A DNA stretch of 64,000 nucleotides from an uncultured Verrucomicrobia subdivision 3 bacterium (GTDB taxonomy: Bacteria; Verrucomicrobiota; Verrucomicrobiia; Limisphaerales; UBA8199). The stretch is from positions 5,058 through 69,057 of the forward strand of contig CAIWMU010000234.1 in NCBI GenBank assembly GCA_903913865.1. Direction: 5' to 3'. The position numbers were made by a program, and so were the translations under genes. Each line of letters starts with the position of its first letter. Position 1 is the stretch's first letter. The notes beneath the pieces are model-generated. The model had not been told where the DNA came from, did not search any database, and worked only from the letters and a program-made list of their open reading frames with translations. Of the stretch, positions 1 through 9,860 are shown piece after piece.

Positions 1-1006
1 ACTTCACTTCCCCCGTTTTCCAATCAAGGCACTTGAGTTCGCTGTCATCGTAACCATATAGAAATCCGTTGAGGAGAACGCAGCTGTTCACATGGTTCCT
101 CATGTTTTTGTTGCGCCAGACCTCTTCAAAGCCCTTGAGCGAGAACCTGCCCAAGGCACAACCAAAACCATACCCCGATGAGATGAACACTTCGGAGCCC
201 TGCACAATCGGGGTGGCAGAATTGACCCCGTAGCTGGTTTTCCATGGATGCCGCCAAAGTTCGGAACCATCTTTCATCCGTCGCAGCACGAGGTGCTCAG
301 CGGCGAATTGCATGAAGCAGCGTTCCCCCTCGACATCCAGTGCCACCAACGAAGCATAGCCAGCGACATCGGAGCCGTTCTTCCATACCACTGCACCCGT
401 CAGCTTGTTCAAGGCAACCACGGAGGAACCGCTCGGGCCTCCCGCCTCGACGAGCAGCAGGTTTTTCTCGATGAGCGGCGAGCCGGAGTAACCCCAACCC
501 TCTTTCCCGCCACTGTGCAGAGGTTCCAGACCCCCGAAGTCCTGAACCAGATTTTTGGCCCACTTCACCTTGCCGCTGATGGCTTCGAGGCAAAACAGGT
601 GGCCATGCCTGCTGATTGAATAGACGAGATCCCCATCAATGGTCGGGGTGGCGCGGGTACCTTGGAATCCGTTCGGATCCTTCGCACCGCAAGGATAGGT
701 GTGGGCCCAGACGGGCGAGCCAGCTTCGGCATCAAAGCAGGAGACGATGTCCACATCGTTTGTGTTGCCCATCGTGTAGATCCGGCCCTTGCTGACCGAC
801 ATGGAGGAATAGCCGATCCCCACCTTCTGTTCCCAGAGGCGTTTGGGACCCTCGGCAGGCCATGCGCTTTGCCAGCCTTTTTCGGCTGAGAGGCCATCGC
901 GGTTTGGACCCCGCCACTGCGGCCAGTCGGCGGCAGTGGTAGTGTGTGGGCAGGACAGGGCGGCAAGGGCGCAAGCCACAATGCTGAGTCGTGGAAGTAA
1001 ATTCAT
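1..1006 (-). CDS. PQQ-like beta-propeller repeat protein, secreted (C-terminal part lies outside the window)
   Basis: Absent from the ORF track because the frame never closes inside the window. My own translation from ATG 1006..1004 gives MNLLPRLSIVACALAALSCPHTTTAADWPQWRGPNRDGLSAEKGW...GRIYTMGN...DGDLVYSISRHGHLFCLEAISGKVKW... and stays open to base 1. Signal peptide followed by the DWPQWRGPNRDG motif typical of PQQ-like/BamB-like propellers. Confidence 0.7.
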   Translation of the reverse strand, partial: MNLLPRLSIVACALAALSCPHTTTAADWPQWRGPNRDGLSAEKGWQSAWPAEGPKRLWEQKVGIGYSSMSVSKGRIYTMGNTNDVDIVSCFDAEAGSPVWAHTYPCGAKDPNGFQGTRATPTIDGDLVYSISRHGHLFCLEAISGKVKWAKNLVQDFGGLEPLHSGGKEGWGYSGSPLIEKNLLLVEAGGPSGSSVVALNKLTGAVVWKNGSDVAGYASLVALDVEGERCFMQFAAEHLVLRRMKDGSELWRHPWKTSYGVNSATPIVQGSEVFISSGYGFGCALGRFSLKGFEEVWRNKNMRNHVNSCVLLNGFLYGYDDSELKCLDWKTGEVK

Positions 1007-1141
1007 GACCGGGCAAATGTCGCACCGCCGAGGCGGTATTTCGAGAAAAAACCGTTCAACAGCATCGGATGTGGTGGGATGACGAACGGAGGAGGGGGAC
1101 TTCAAAGCGGTGCTTGACTCCGGAGGTGGTCGGGTTACGGT

Positions 1142-1912
1142 TTGAAATCCTTGAAAACAGATAACCTCCAGCCCACCCGGAGTCGGACGAAACCGACCGG
1201 GTTCACCTTGATCGAACTGCTTGTGGTCATTGCGATCATCGCAATTCTCGCCGGGATGCTGCTGCCCGCACTCTCCAGGGCAAAGGAGAAGGGGCAGCGG
1301 ATTGCCTGCCTCAATAATCTGCGGCAGTTCACCCTGGCGAGCCAGATGTATGTGAATGACAACCGGGGCCGGAGCATCAATTACGATGCGGGACAGGGGT
1401 TGTGGATAGACCGTCTCATGGTCTATGCCGGTTCCCGTCAGAGCACCAATGCCGCCCTCCGTGTCTGCCCCGCCGCGAACAAGCGGGGATACACGCTCAA
1501 CGGTTTGGATTATTACGGCACATCCACGGCCTACTGGGGGCCGCTTTCCAGCTACTTCGGGGCAAGTGCCGGGTCGTATGGCGCCTTTGCGCTGAATTCC
1601 TGGGTGTATTCGGACAAGCCCATGGAATCCCAGGTGGGAGCCTACTATTTCGGCAAACTGGATGGACTCCAGCATTCCAGCGATGTGCCGATCATCGCCG
1701 ATTCCATGTGGATGGATTCCTGGCCGTCCCCCTCGGATGGCATCCCGGCTGACAGGGTCAAGGGGGGTGGGGGAGGACTTGGCAACTTCAGCCTGAACCG
1801 GCACACAAAATCGATCAATCTCACCTTTGCGGATGGCTCGGCGCGGAGTGTTCCCGTGGACAAGTTGAAGAGCCTGTATTGGTCCACCCACACCAATTGG
1901 CCGGCGTTTTGA
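1142..1912 (+). CDS. Prepilin-type N-terminal cleavage/methylation domain protein with H-X9-DG motif (DUF1559-type)
   Basis: [43 protein letters not shown] near the N-terminus. C-terminal [12 protein letters not shown] fits H-X9-DG. The TTG start from the track is uncertain. Confidence 0.8.
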   Translation: MKSLKTDNLQPTRSRTKPTGFTLIELLVVIAIIAILAGMLLPALSRAKEKGQRIACLNNLRQFTLASQMYVNDNRGRSINYDAGQGLWIDRLMVYAGSRQSTNAALRVCPAANKRGYTLNGLDYYGTSTAYWGPLSSYFGASAGSYGAFALNSWVYSDKPMESQVGAYYFGKLDGLQHSSDVPIIADSMWMDSWPSPSDGIPADRVKGGGGGLGNFSLNRHTKSINLTFADGSARSVPVDKLKSLYWSTHTNWPAF

Positions 1913-1929
1913 ATCCGGGCGGGGATGCT

Positions 1930-3339
1930 TCAGCTGCCGGCATCCACTGACAGCCCCAATTCCCGGTAACGCTGGAGCTTGTAGAGCAGGGCGCGGCGGC
2001 TGATGCCGAGGGATTTGGCGGTTTCGGTGCGGTTGTAATCATGCTTTCGCAGGGTCTGCATGATGGCCTGCCTCTCTACATCATCCAACTGCTCAGGCGT
2101 TGTTTCGGGAGATACGGCAGGTGCCACTGTGCCTGAGCGAACCCGGGTTGGCAGGTGGTCCGGGAGAATCAGGTCCCCCTGGGAGAGCAGGGCTGCCCGT
2201 TCCATGGCATTCCGCAACTCCCGAACATTGCCAGGCCAGGAATAGTTGAGGAGGCACTCGGACATTCCCGAGGAGAACCGGGCCTTGCCCTGCGTGAATT
2301 CCGCGATGAACGCGTTTGCCAGCGGCAGAATATCCTCGCGTCGTTCCCGAAGGGCGGGAAGGTTCAACTCCACCACATTCAGGCGGTAAAACAGATCCTC
2401 GCGGAACCTGCCGGACTTGACCTCCTCTTCGAGATGGCGGTTGGTTGCGGCCAGAATGCGGGCATTCGTCTTCAGTTCAACGCTGGAGCCGACCCGGTTG
2501 TAGCGCCCCTCCTGGGTGACCCGCAGGAGCTTGGCCTGGAGGGATGGCGCCATGTCGGCCACCTCATCGAGAAAGATCGTCCCCCCATCCGCCGTCTCAA
2601 AGCGACCCATGCGCTGGGCCGTGGCCCCGGTAAAGGATCCCCGCTCGTGCCCGAACAGCTCGCTTTCAAGCAGGTTCTCCGGGATGGCGGCGCAGTTGAC
2701 CTTAACAAGGGGCCCGTTCGCCCGCAAACTCCAGGCGTGGATCACATCCGCCACGACCTCCTTCCCCACGCCGCTTTCGCCTGTGATCAGAATGCGGCTG
2801 TCGGAGGCGGCCACAAGGGAGGCATCCTGAAAGACGGCCTGCATCAGGGGACTGACGGCGACGATCCGGGTTGGGAGTTCGCGGCCCACGCCAAACCGGA
2901 CAGCGGGCCGAGGTGTCACGCCCGTGGCGTGCTGGACGATGGAGAGCAGTTCGTCCAGATCAATCGGCTTGGCGAGGTAATTCACGGCTCCGTCCCGCAT
3001 GGCTCCCACCGCCTCCCGGATGTCCGCATAGGCGGTAACAAGCAGAACCTGGAGGAGGGGATGCCGTTCCCGTGCCTTGCGGAGGGTTTCCAGACCGGAA
3101 AGGCCCGGCATGCGGACATCCGAAATCATCATCTGAATAGGCTGCTCAGCCAGCACCCGGAGAGCCCGCTCACCGTTCTCCGCGAGCACCGTCTCGAAGC
3201 CCTGACCCTCCAGAAAGGAATGCAGCAGACTCCGCTGTCCCGGATCGTCGTCCACGATCAGGATGCGCGGCTGGCTGGTGTGCGTATTGCGGGTTTCCAC
3301 TGTATCAATGCCATTCCGCCAAGGGCCGGACTCTCCCAT
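1930..3339 (-). CDS. Sigma-54-dependent response regulator (REC + AAA+ enhancer-binding domain + Fis-type HTH; NtrC/AtoC family)
   Basis: ILIVDDDPGQRSLL receiver. Walker A GESGVGKE. ESELFGHERGSFTGA (GSFTGA variant of the GAFTGA sigma-54 contact loop). C-terminal NRTETAKSLGISRRALLYKL HTH. Confidence 0.9.
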   Translation of the reverse strand: MGESGPWRNGIDTVETRNTHTSQPRILIVDDDPGQRSLLHSFLEGQGFETVLAENGERALRVLAEQPIQMMISDVRMPGLSGLETLRKARERHPLLQVLLVTAYADIREAVGAMRDGAVNYLAKPIDLDELLSIVQHATGVTPRPAVRFGVGRELPTRIVAVSPLMQAVFQDASLVAASDSRILITGESGVGKEVVADVIHAWSLRANGPLVKVNCAAIPENLLESELFGHERGSFTGATAQRMGRFETADGGTIFLDEVADMAPSLQAKLLRVTQEGRYNRVGSSVELKTNARILAATNRHLEEEVKSGRFREDLFYRLNVVELNLPALRERREDILPLANAFIAEFTQGKARFSSGMSECLLNYSWPGNVRELRNAMERAALLSQGDLILPDHLPTRVRSGTVAPAVSPETTPEQLDDVERQAIMQTLRKHDYNRTETAKSLGISRRALLYKLQRYRELGLSVDAGS

Positions 3340-3579
3340 TCCGCCGGTGGAGCACCTCTCCGATCGGCCCGGGGAAAGCCCGTGGCGGCTTGCAGGGGAA
3401 GCGTAGTGCGGCGGAGGGAGGGTATAAAGCGAAAACGGGGAACATTGCGGCTGGCGGCCCGCCCTGGAAACTTTCAGAATTGTGGCATGTGGCGGGGTCC
3501 ATACCGGGGCATCATCCCCCGAAGGGGGGAGCCAAATTAGCCCTCTTCATTTTATTTTGGATTATCCCATTATCTGCTG

Positions 3580-3608
3580 TTGACCTTTTTGCCGTACTCC
3601 TATTTAAT
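3580..3608 (+). promoter_or_regulatory. Putative sigma-70-type promoter of the LysR gene (TTGACC-17 nt-TTTAAT)
   Basis: TTGACC at 3580..3585, 17-nt spacer, TTTAAT at 3603..3608, in an AT-rich patch. The -10 ends 6 nt before ATG 3615, so the transcript would be leaderless. Pattern match only. Confidence 0.3.
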
Positions 3609-3614
3609 TCGCTT

Positions 3615-4496
3615 ATGCAAATTGAAAGTCTGAAAGTTTTCTGCGACCTTACCGAGACACAAAGCTTCACAAAAGCTGCCCAGATCAACGGCGTGACCCA
3701 ATCCGCCGTGAGCCAGACCATCAGCGCACTGGAGCGGCAGTTCAAGAGCCTCCTCATTGAGCGCAGCAAGAAGAACTTCCGCCTCACAGCGGAGGGCGAG
3801 GTTCTTTATGATTACTCCAAGCAGATCCTGCAGACCTATGAGGCGCTGCACAGCAAGCTTCAGGAGATCAAGGACATCATTTCGGGCAACATCCGTGTGG
3901 CCACGATCTATAGCATCGGCCTTCATGTTCTACCGCCCTATATCAAGAAATACCTGAAGAACTTCCCGACCGTGAACGTGCACGTCGAATATCGCCGGCA
4001 CGATCAGGTCTATGAGGATGTGCTGGGCAACGTGGTGGATGTCGGCCTCATCGCCTACCCGATTCGGGATGCCAAGCTGGAGATCATCCAGATGCGGAAG
4101 GATCCGCTGGTGCTCATCTGCAATCCGCAGCATCCCCTGGCGAAAGCCAAGGTGATCAAGTATAAGATGCTCAATGGAGTCAAGCTCGTCAGCTTCGAGA
4201 AGGACATCCCCACACGGAAGGCGATGGACAAGGCCTTCAAGGACAACGGTGTCACCGTGGAGCACATCATGGAGTTCGACAACGTCGAAACCGTGAAGCG
4301 GGCGGTCGAAATTGATTCAGGGGTTGCCATCGTGCCCCAGGAAACGATCCGCCAGGAAGTGATCAACCAGACCCTTGTCGCGGTGAAACTGGAAGATCCG
4401 GAGGCTTACCGCACTCTGGCCATCATCCACAAGAAGAACAAGGTTCTTTCCCCGGCCATCAAGCAGTTCATCAGCCTGCTCAAAGAAACCATCTAA
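3615..4496 (+). CDS. LysR-family transcriptional regulator
   Basis: MQIESLKVFCDLTETQSFTKAAQINGVTQSAVSQTISALERQFK is a canonical LysR HTH at the N-terminus. The 75-aa upstream extension in track ORF 3390..4496 is not LysR-like, so the internal ATG at 3615 was chosen. Confidence 0.85.
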   Translation: MQIESLKVFCDLTETQSFTKAAQINGVTQSAVSQTISALERQFKSLLIERSKKNFRLTAEGEVLYDYSKQILQTYEALHSKLQEIKDIISGNIRVATIYSIGLHVLPPYIKKYLKNFPTVNVHVEYRRHDQVYEDVLGNVVDVGLIAYPIRDAKLEIIQMRKDPLVLICNPQHPLAKAKVIKYKMLNGVKLVSFEKDIPTRKAMDKAFKDNGVTVEHIMEFDNVETVKRAVEIDSGVAIVPQETIRQEVINQTLVAVKLEDPEAYRTLAIIHKKNKVLSPAIKQFISLLKETI

Positions 4497-5209
4497 GAGG
4501 CGAGGGATTCGAGGATGCGGCGCGCGGCGCCTGCTGGATCCGGGGCGGCATAGATGGGCCGCCCGATTACCAGCCAGTCCGCGCCGGCGTCCATCGCTTC
4601 CCGGGCGCTTAGTGTTCGTTTTTGGTCGTCGGCTTGCTCACCCCCCAGGCGGATCCCGGGGGTGACGAGCCGGGTGGTAGCCGGGAGAAACCGGCGCAGG
4701 CGCTGGATCTCGAGCGGCGAACAGACCAGCCCACCAAGCCCCGCTTCAACGGCCAGGGCGGCCAACCGCTCAACCTGGGTTCCCACATCTGTTCCGGCGC
4801 CAACCTGCTCCAGGGCGGCTCCGTTCATGCTGGTGAGGACGGTTACGCCGAGAATGAGTGGCGGCTCCTGCCCCAGCGCACCGGCTGTCTTCAAGGCACT
4901 CTCTTTAGCGGCCCTCATCATTTCCAGACCGCCGCAGGTGTGGATGGTGAGCATCTGCACATTCAGGTTCACCGCTGATGCAACGGCCTTGGCAACGGTG
5001 TTTGGAATGTCGTGAAATTTCAGGTCCAGGAAGATCGATGCCCCGGTCTGGCGCAACTGGCGGACGAAATCGGGGCCGGCGCTGGTGAACAACTCGGATC
5101 CAACCTTGAAAGCCCCCACCCTCCCCGCCACTTCGCGGGCAAGGGTCAGGGCCTGGGACGCATTCGGCACATCCAGCGCCACAATGATCGGATTTCGCAT
5201 GCCGGGCAT
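4493..5209 (-). CDS. pyrF: Orotidine 5'-phosphate decarboxylase
   Basis: IIVALDVPN...GAFKVGSELF...IFLDLKFHDIPNTV...LVIGRPI are characteristic PyrF motifs. Its stop overlaps the convergent LysR stop by 2 nt. Confidence 0.9.
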   Translation of the reverse strand: MPGMRNPIIVALDVPNASQALTLAREVAGRVGAFKVGSELFTSAGPDFVRQLRQTGASIFLDLKFHDIPNTVAKAVASAVNLNVQMLTIHTCGGLEMMRAAKESALKTAGALGQEPPLILGVTVLTSMNGAALEQVGAGTDVGTQVERLAALAVEAGLGGLVCSPLEIQRLRRFLPATTRLVTPGIRLGGEQADDQKRTLSAREAMDAGADWLVIGRPIYAAPDPAGAARRILESLAS

Positions 5210-5304
5210 TCAACCCAAACCTTCGGGGGAGGACAATTCTATTCGTGGAGGGTGCTCCGAGTTTGATCTTGCCTGCCCCCCCTTGGGGACTACAGTAGGG
5301 AAGA

Positions 5305-6234
5305 ATGAATAAGCTGGCCCTGATGGTATGTTTATGGGGTTTGATGGCTGGATCCATCTTCGCTCAAGTGCGCGTCGATCTGGTTCAGGAGCAGGAACAG
5401 TTCCTCCCCGGAGAGGCGATCCCCCTTGCCGTGCGGATCACAAACCGCTCGGGGCAGCCGCTGCGTCTGGGTGATGAACCTGACTGGCTGACCTTCACAG
5501 TGGAGACCCGTGAGGGGCAGGTTGTTTCCCAGACGGATTATGTGCAGGTGCTGGGTGAATTCACCCTGGCGTCCTCACAGGTTGGCACAAAGCGGGTCAA
5601 TCTGGAACCGTGCTTCGCGTTTGCCGGGCCCAACCGCTACAAAGTCACCGCCATCTTAAAGTTGAAAGCCTGGGATCGGGAGGTCAGCAGCCAGCCCAAG
5701 TTTTTCACCATCAACGAGGGGGCAAAGCTCTGGCAGCAGGAATTCGGCCTGCCAAACACCGGCAACGCAACCAACAAGCAGCCTGAGATCCGGAAATACA
5801 TCCTTCAACAGGTCAATTACACCCGTGGATCGCTCCGCCTTTACCTGCGTGTTACCGACGGGGACGGCAACCGTGTGTTTCGCGTGGTTCCGATCGGATC
5901 GATTGTCTCCTTCAGTCGTCCTGAGCCGCAACTTGACTCGGCATCCAACCTGCATCTGATCTACCAGAACGGGCCGACAGCCTGTTCCTACCTTGTGTTC
6001 AATCCGGACGGGGATGTGCTGTTGCGCCAGACCCATGACATTACGGGCAACCGCCCCCGGCTGCGCCTGAACGATGAAGGCAAAATTATGGTTGTGGGTG
6101 GCGCAAGGCGGGAAACGAATTCGGACATCCCCCCAAACAAGAACCCGGATGCGGATACGGATGGAGCTTCAACCAATCAGGTGGCGGAACCCAAGCCTGC
6201 CGAGGCCGTGAAAGAGGACCCGAAGAAGCCTTGA
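5305..6234 (+). CDS. Secreted hypothetical protein
   Basis: N-terminal signal peptide MNKLALMVCLWGLMAGSIFAQ and a long ORF with a low-complexity Pro/Asp/Lys tail. No family recognised. Confidence 0.6.
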   Translation: MNKLALMVCLWGLMAGSIFAQVRVDLVQEQEQFLPGEAIPLAVRITNRSGQPLRLGDEPDWLTFTVETREGQVVSQTDYVQVLGEFTLASSQVGTKRVNLEPCFAFAGPNRYKVTAILKLKAWDREVSSQPKFFTINEGAKLWQQEFGLPNTGNATNKQPEIRKYILQQVNYTRGSLRLYLRVTDGDGNRVFRVVPIGSIVSFSRPEPQLDSASNLHLIYQNGPTACSYLVFNPDGDVLLRQTHDITGNRPRLRLNDEGKIMVVGGARRETNSDIPPNKNPDADTDGASTNQVAEPKPAEAVKEDPKKP

Positions 6235-6270
6235 GGATGGGTGGTTAGGGAAGCCGGTCCACCCCGGCCC

Positions 6271-7362
6271 TTATTCCTCGATCAGGTCTTCTCTGGTTGT
6301 CACTCTGGCCTGCAGATGTTGGACCACAGGCATCGCCCTGACCATGGCAACCTGCTCGGTCTGACCGATCATTCGTTTCAGAATCACTTTGACCGCCCCG
6401 ATTGGATCGCCGTTTTTATCCCGGAGGGGAAAGGTGACCAGCACCCGGTCCTTCTCCTTACCATAGAACTTCAACCCATGCTGGATCACCTCGGATTCAG
6501 GGGTTCCTCCCGGCTTCCCGATCTCGTCCAGCTTTGAGCTGGCGATCAGGCGGGTGGGGAGGAATTGGTTGGTCGAGTTAAGGACATTGGTGGCGGTTCC
6601 GGCGGCCACATACACCTGAAGGCCCAGCAGCCGTGAATACTGTTCGATCGCTGAGCGGACCAACCCCTGTGCAGGAACCTCGCGGGGGGTGTAAACGACT
6701 TTGGCATCCGCAAAATAGGTGACGGAGTCCGATTTCGTCCAGAACCCGAGTTTGCCGCTGGCAAATGTGTTGTCCTGCAGGGGCGGGATGACCTCGCTAC
6801 CGTTCAAAGAACAGCGAATCTCGTTGCCCTTGCAGCGGACACTCATCTCATTCCAGGTGCCGGTGGGAATCTTGATTTCAGGCCCGATGACCTCGCCGCG
6901 TTGACCATTTACGACCTTATAGAATCGGAATGTGTTGCCAAGGGCACTGGCCCTCACCACGTAATAGTTCGTCTCGTTCTGAATCCGAAACGCCAGACCG
7001 GCCATCTGTTCCACAGCACCACGGACCGTTTTGAACCGGGTTTTGAATTCGAAATCACGGAAAGTCTCCTTCTCATAAATGAGGAGGGGGAAATGTTCAT
7101 CTGTGAGGTCCTCGGAAACCTGTGCCAGAACAGCCCTACGCGAAACGGAAGGAGCCTGGGGTGTCAACGGGGCCAGCACGGGGGCAACCTCATCGGTCTG
7201 GATGCGCCAATCCGCGGCTTTTCCAGCACCGCTGACCGTGCTGCGGAAACCGGGAGGGGCCTTACCCTCCGGATACTGGCCAAAATCAAAAACCAGTTCA
7301 GCCGCCTGCAGTGGCAGGGCGAGAAGCAAAAAAAGAACCGCACTTGTCTGGAACGATCGCAT
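6271..7362 (-). CDS. Secreted protein with DUF1080-like (3-keto-disaccharide hydrolase / LamG-like) jelly-roll domain
   Basis: Signal peptide MRSFQTSAVLFLLLALPLQA. FEFKTRFKTV...AGLAFRIQNETNYYVVR...WNEMSVRCKGNEIRCSLNG...GKLGFW matches the DUF1080 pattern. The track ORF extends to 7398; ATG 7362 was chosen because it starts the signal peptide. Confidence 0.6.
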   Translation of the reverse strand: MRSFQTSAVLFLLLALPLQAAELVFDFGQYPEGKAPPGFRSTVSGAGKAADWRIQTDEVAPVLAPLTPQAPSVSRRAVLAQVSEDLTDEHFPLLIYEKETFRDFEFKTRFKTVRGAVEQMAGLAFRIQNETNYYVVRASALGNTFRFYKVVNGQRGEVIGPEIKIPTGTWNEMSVRCKGNEIRCSLNGSEVIPPLQDNTFASGKLGFWTKSDSVTYFADAKVVYTPREVPAQGLVRSAIEQYSRLLGLQVYVAAGTATNVLNSTNQFLPTRLIASSKLDEIGKPGGTPESEVIQHGLKFYGKEKDRVLVTFPLRDKNGDPIGAVKVILKRMIGQTEQVAMVRAMPVVQHLQARVTTREDLIEE

Positions 7363-7544
7363 GCCGGACGAGTCTAGCATAGTGGTCAAATGGAACAAGC
7401 CCGGTTAAAGCGGGGTGCCGGGACAATCATGGGCAGAGGGAAGGGAGGATTCACGGCCAATTTGGATCGAAAACTGTGGTGAAAGGAAAAACCGGTTGAC
7501 ACCCGATGTGGAAAGGAGGGAGAATCGACATCATTATTCATGCT

Positions 7545-8378
7545 ATGAACCAAAAAACAGCTGATTACCGGTTGTCTGAAAACAGCGGGAGTCGGTGGAC
7601 CAAGGGGTTCACACTGATCGAATTGCTTGTCGTGATCGCCATCATCGCGATTCTGGCGTCCATGCTGCTCCCTGCATTGAGTTCTGCCAAGGATCGGGCC
7701 AAATCGGCCCAGTGCATAAGCAACCTCCGCCAGGTGGGGACCGCCATGCTCATGTATGCGGATGACAACCGCCAGACCTTCTGGAACGTCGGCGGATCCA
7801 TGCCCAACGACGGCCAATGGACGCTGAATCCCAACTCCACAACCTTTTTGGATCCGACCCATCCACAGGCCTATTGGGCACTCGGTTACAGCTCCTATTT
7901 CGCCAAGAACAAAAAGCTGTTCCGCTGCCCGGCCGCCAAAAAAGTGGATGAATGGAGGGACGCAGGACGCAATTTCCCGACCGATTGGTGGCTGGATTCC
8001 AGCATCGGCGTTTCCCGGTTCCTCACGGATTTCTATGAACCGGAACATCCGAATGAGAGAGGCCCGAAGAAACTCACCAGTTTTCGCAGCCCGCAAACCA
8101 CCATTTTCTGCCAGGATGCGGCGGAGCAGAGAATGGAGGGTGAGGAGGACAGCACCGGTTTGTTCCCCGGGTATTCTGAGGTTCTGACCCAATGGAAGTA
8201 TGCCCTCGCCGGTCTTTATCCCGGATTCAACTGGGAATGGGAGTGGTACCGGCATGGGAAGCGTTCCCAGGTTCTCTGGGTTTCCGGCAATGTTTCAAAG
8301 ATAAACTACAACGGGAAGAAGGGCCACGACTACCGATGGTACACTGGAGATCCGCCCACTGTTCAGCCGAAGTTCTGA
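7545..8378 (+). CDS. Prepilin-type N-terminal cleavage/methylation domain protein (DUF1559-type, variant H-X9-SG)
   Basis: [44 protein letters not shown]-terminal [12 protein letters not shown]. Start chosen at MNQKTADY (the track ORF begins at 7506). Confidence 0.8.
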   Translation: MNQKTADYRLSENSGSRWTKGFTLIELLVVIAIIAILASMLLPALSSAKDRAKSAQCISNLRQVGTAMLMYADDNRQTFWNVGGSMPNDGQWTLNPNSTTFLDPTHPQAYWALGYSSYFAKNKKLFRCPAAKKVDEWRDAGRNFPTDWWLDSSIGVSRFLTDFYEPEHPNERGPKKLTSFRSPQTTIFCQDAAEQRMEGEEDSTGLFPGYSEVLTQWKYALAGLYPGFNWEWEWYRHGKRSQVLWVSGNVSKINYNGKKGHDYRWYTGDPPTVQPKF

Positions 8379-8400
8379 TTTTCATTCACTACAAACAACC

Positions 8401-8763
8401 ATGAAAATTTACTCCATTCTGGCGGCTTGTGCCCTGCTTGTGGGCGGGTGCAGCAAGGAATATGAAGTGCCCAAAGCCCTGACCGTGGCTGAGTTGCCGA
8501 CGGCCCTGGAGAAGTCCTTCTCAAGTGCTGCAGCTGAGCGGAAGGAGCTTGTGGACCGCTCCATCGGTGCCCTCAAGGAGGGCAAGCTGCCAAACGCTTT
8601 GATGGTGATCGAAAGTCTCTGTGCCATTCCGGATCTGACTCCCACGCAACGGACCGTAGCCACCCGGGCAGTGCTCACGCTGAACCAGGAGCTGCAGTCG
8701 GCTGCGGCCAAGGGGGACAAGTCGGCTGCGGATTTCCAGAAGCTGCGGCAGTCCTCCAAGTGA
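8401..8763 (+). CDS. Small lipoprotein, function unknown
   Basis: Lipobox-like MKIYSILAACALLVGGC followed by a helical, Ala/Leu/Lys-rich sequence. Confidence 0.6.
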   Translation: MKIYSILAACALLVGGCSKEYEVPKALTVAELPTALEKSFSSAAAERKELVDRSIGALKEGKLPNALMVIESLCAIPDLTPTQRTVATRAVLTLNQELQSAAAKGDKSAADFQKLRQSSK

Positions 8764-8834
8764 TGTCCCATTTGGGAAGGGGTTGATCTGTCGAAGCAGG
8801 CAAAATTAGCCTGACGTCGAACGAGATCATCGTT

Positions 8835-9227
8835 ATGTTCAGCGCCATGGAAAACCGTGACCAACTCCGCGAACTCTTCCGGATGCAGCAGGCGCTCAAT
8901 GAGCGCATTGGCGTGAACACCGCCGGCATGACCGACGAGCAGAAGACCACCTGGATTCTCAACTACTGCAGAGCCATGTCCCAGGAGCTCGCTGAATTGA
9001 CCGACAGTGTGCCATGGAAATGGTGGGCAAAGTACCAAAAGTTCGACGAGCAGAACGCACGGGTTGAGGTGGTGGATCTGTTTCACTTTTTGATCAGCAT
9101 GGCCCAGGTGCTTGGAATGAGTGCCGACGATGTGTTCAACGCCTATGTGCGCAAGAACGAGGTCAACCTGAAGCGTCAGGAGACCGGTTACATCGTCAAG
9201 GACCATGAGGACTCGAAGCACATTTAG
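8835..9227 (+). CDS. Dimeric dUTPase-like all-alpha NTP pyrophosphohydrolase (dUTPase_2 family)
   Basis: ELAELTDSVPWKWWAK, VEVVDLFHFLISMA and YVRKNEVNLKRQETGY correspond to the conserved blocks of Campylobacter/phage-type dimeric dUTPases. Confidence 0.7.
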   Translation: MFSAMENRDQLRELFRMQQALNERIGVNTAGMTDEQKTTWILNYCRAMSQELAELTDSVPWKWWAKYQKFDEQNARVEVVDLFHFLISMAQVLGMSADDVFNAYVRKNEVNLKRQETGYIVKDHEDSKHI

Positions 9228-9244
9228 ATGGAGCGTGCAGCCTT

Positions 9245-9850
9245 GTGAGTGACAGCAAAAAATCCCCGTCAAGAGCGCCCCGCACCGGTGCCCCCGTGCC
9301 CCCCAAGTGGCGGAAGGATGTGGAGCGGGTGCTGATCACACAAGACCAGCTCGCCCGGCGCATCCGGACATTGTCCCGCGAGATCGAGAAGGATTTTACA
9401 GGGCGGGAGACGGTTGTTATTTCGCTGTTGAACGGAACCGTGATGTTTCTGGCCGATCTCATCCGGCACCTCTCGCTCCCCCTGCGCCTGGATTTCATGG
9501 GGGTCTCCAGCTACGGTGCTGGCACCGAGTCGGGCGAACTGGTTTACACCAAGGAATTGCGTCTGGATGTCCGGGGGAGGGATGTGCTGCTGGTGGACGA
9601 CATTCTCGACACGGGCAGGACCCTTTCCCGTGTGATCCCGAAACTTCGCAAGCTGAAGCCACGGCGCATCAAGACGTGCGTGCTGCTGAACAAGCAGGCC
9701 CGCCGCGTGGAAAAAATCCAGGCGGACTATGTGGGGTTTGAAATCCCCGATTTTTTTGTGGTGGGCTATGGGCTCGATTATGCCGAGAGATACCGGAACC
9801 TGCCCTTTGTGGGCGTGTTGAAGCCGGAGCTTTACCAATCCGGCTCGTGA
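9245..9850 (+). CDS. hpt: Hypoxanthine-guanine phosphoribosyltransferase
   Basis: PRPP-binding motif VLLVDDILDTGRTL, length about 200 aa, C-terminal DYVGFEIPDFFVVGYGLDYAERYRNLP. Confidence 0.9.
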   Translation: MSDSKKSPSRAPRTGAPVPPKWRKDVERVLITQDQLARRIRTLSREIEKDFTGRETVVISLLNGTVMFLADLIRHLSLPLRLDFMGVSSYGAGTESGELVYTKELRLDVRGRDVLLVDDILDTGRTLSRVIPKLRKLKPRRIKTCVLLNKQARRVEKIQADYVGFEIPDFFVVGYGLDYAERYRNLPFVGVLKPELYQSGS

Positions 9851-9860
9851 CGGGTAAACG

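Noticed and set aside
3390-3614. N-terminal extensions of track ORFs (3390, 7506, 21997, 24839, 39898..40809, 48558..49769, 54098, 56674, 61153, 16980..17819, 10698..13790).
   Set aside because: The extensions overlap neighbouring genes or repeats, are low-complexity, and precede a canonical family N-terminus (HTH, signal peptide or first TM helix) that begins at an internal ATG. Several of those internal ATGs overlap the upstream stop codon.
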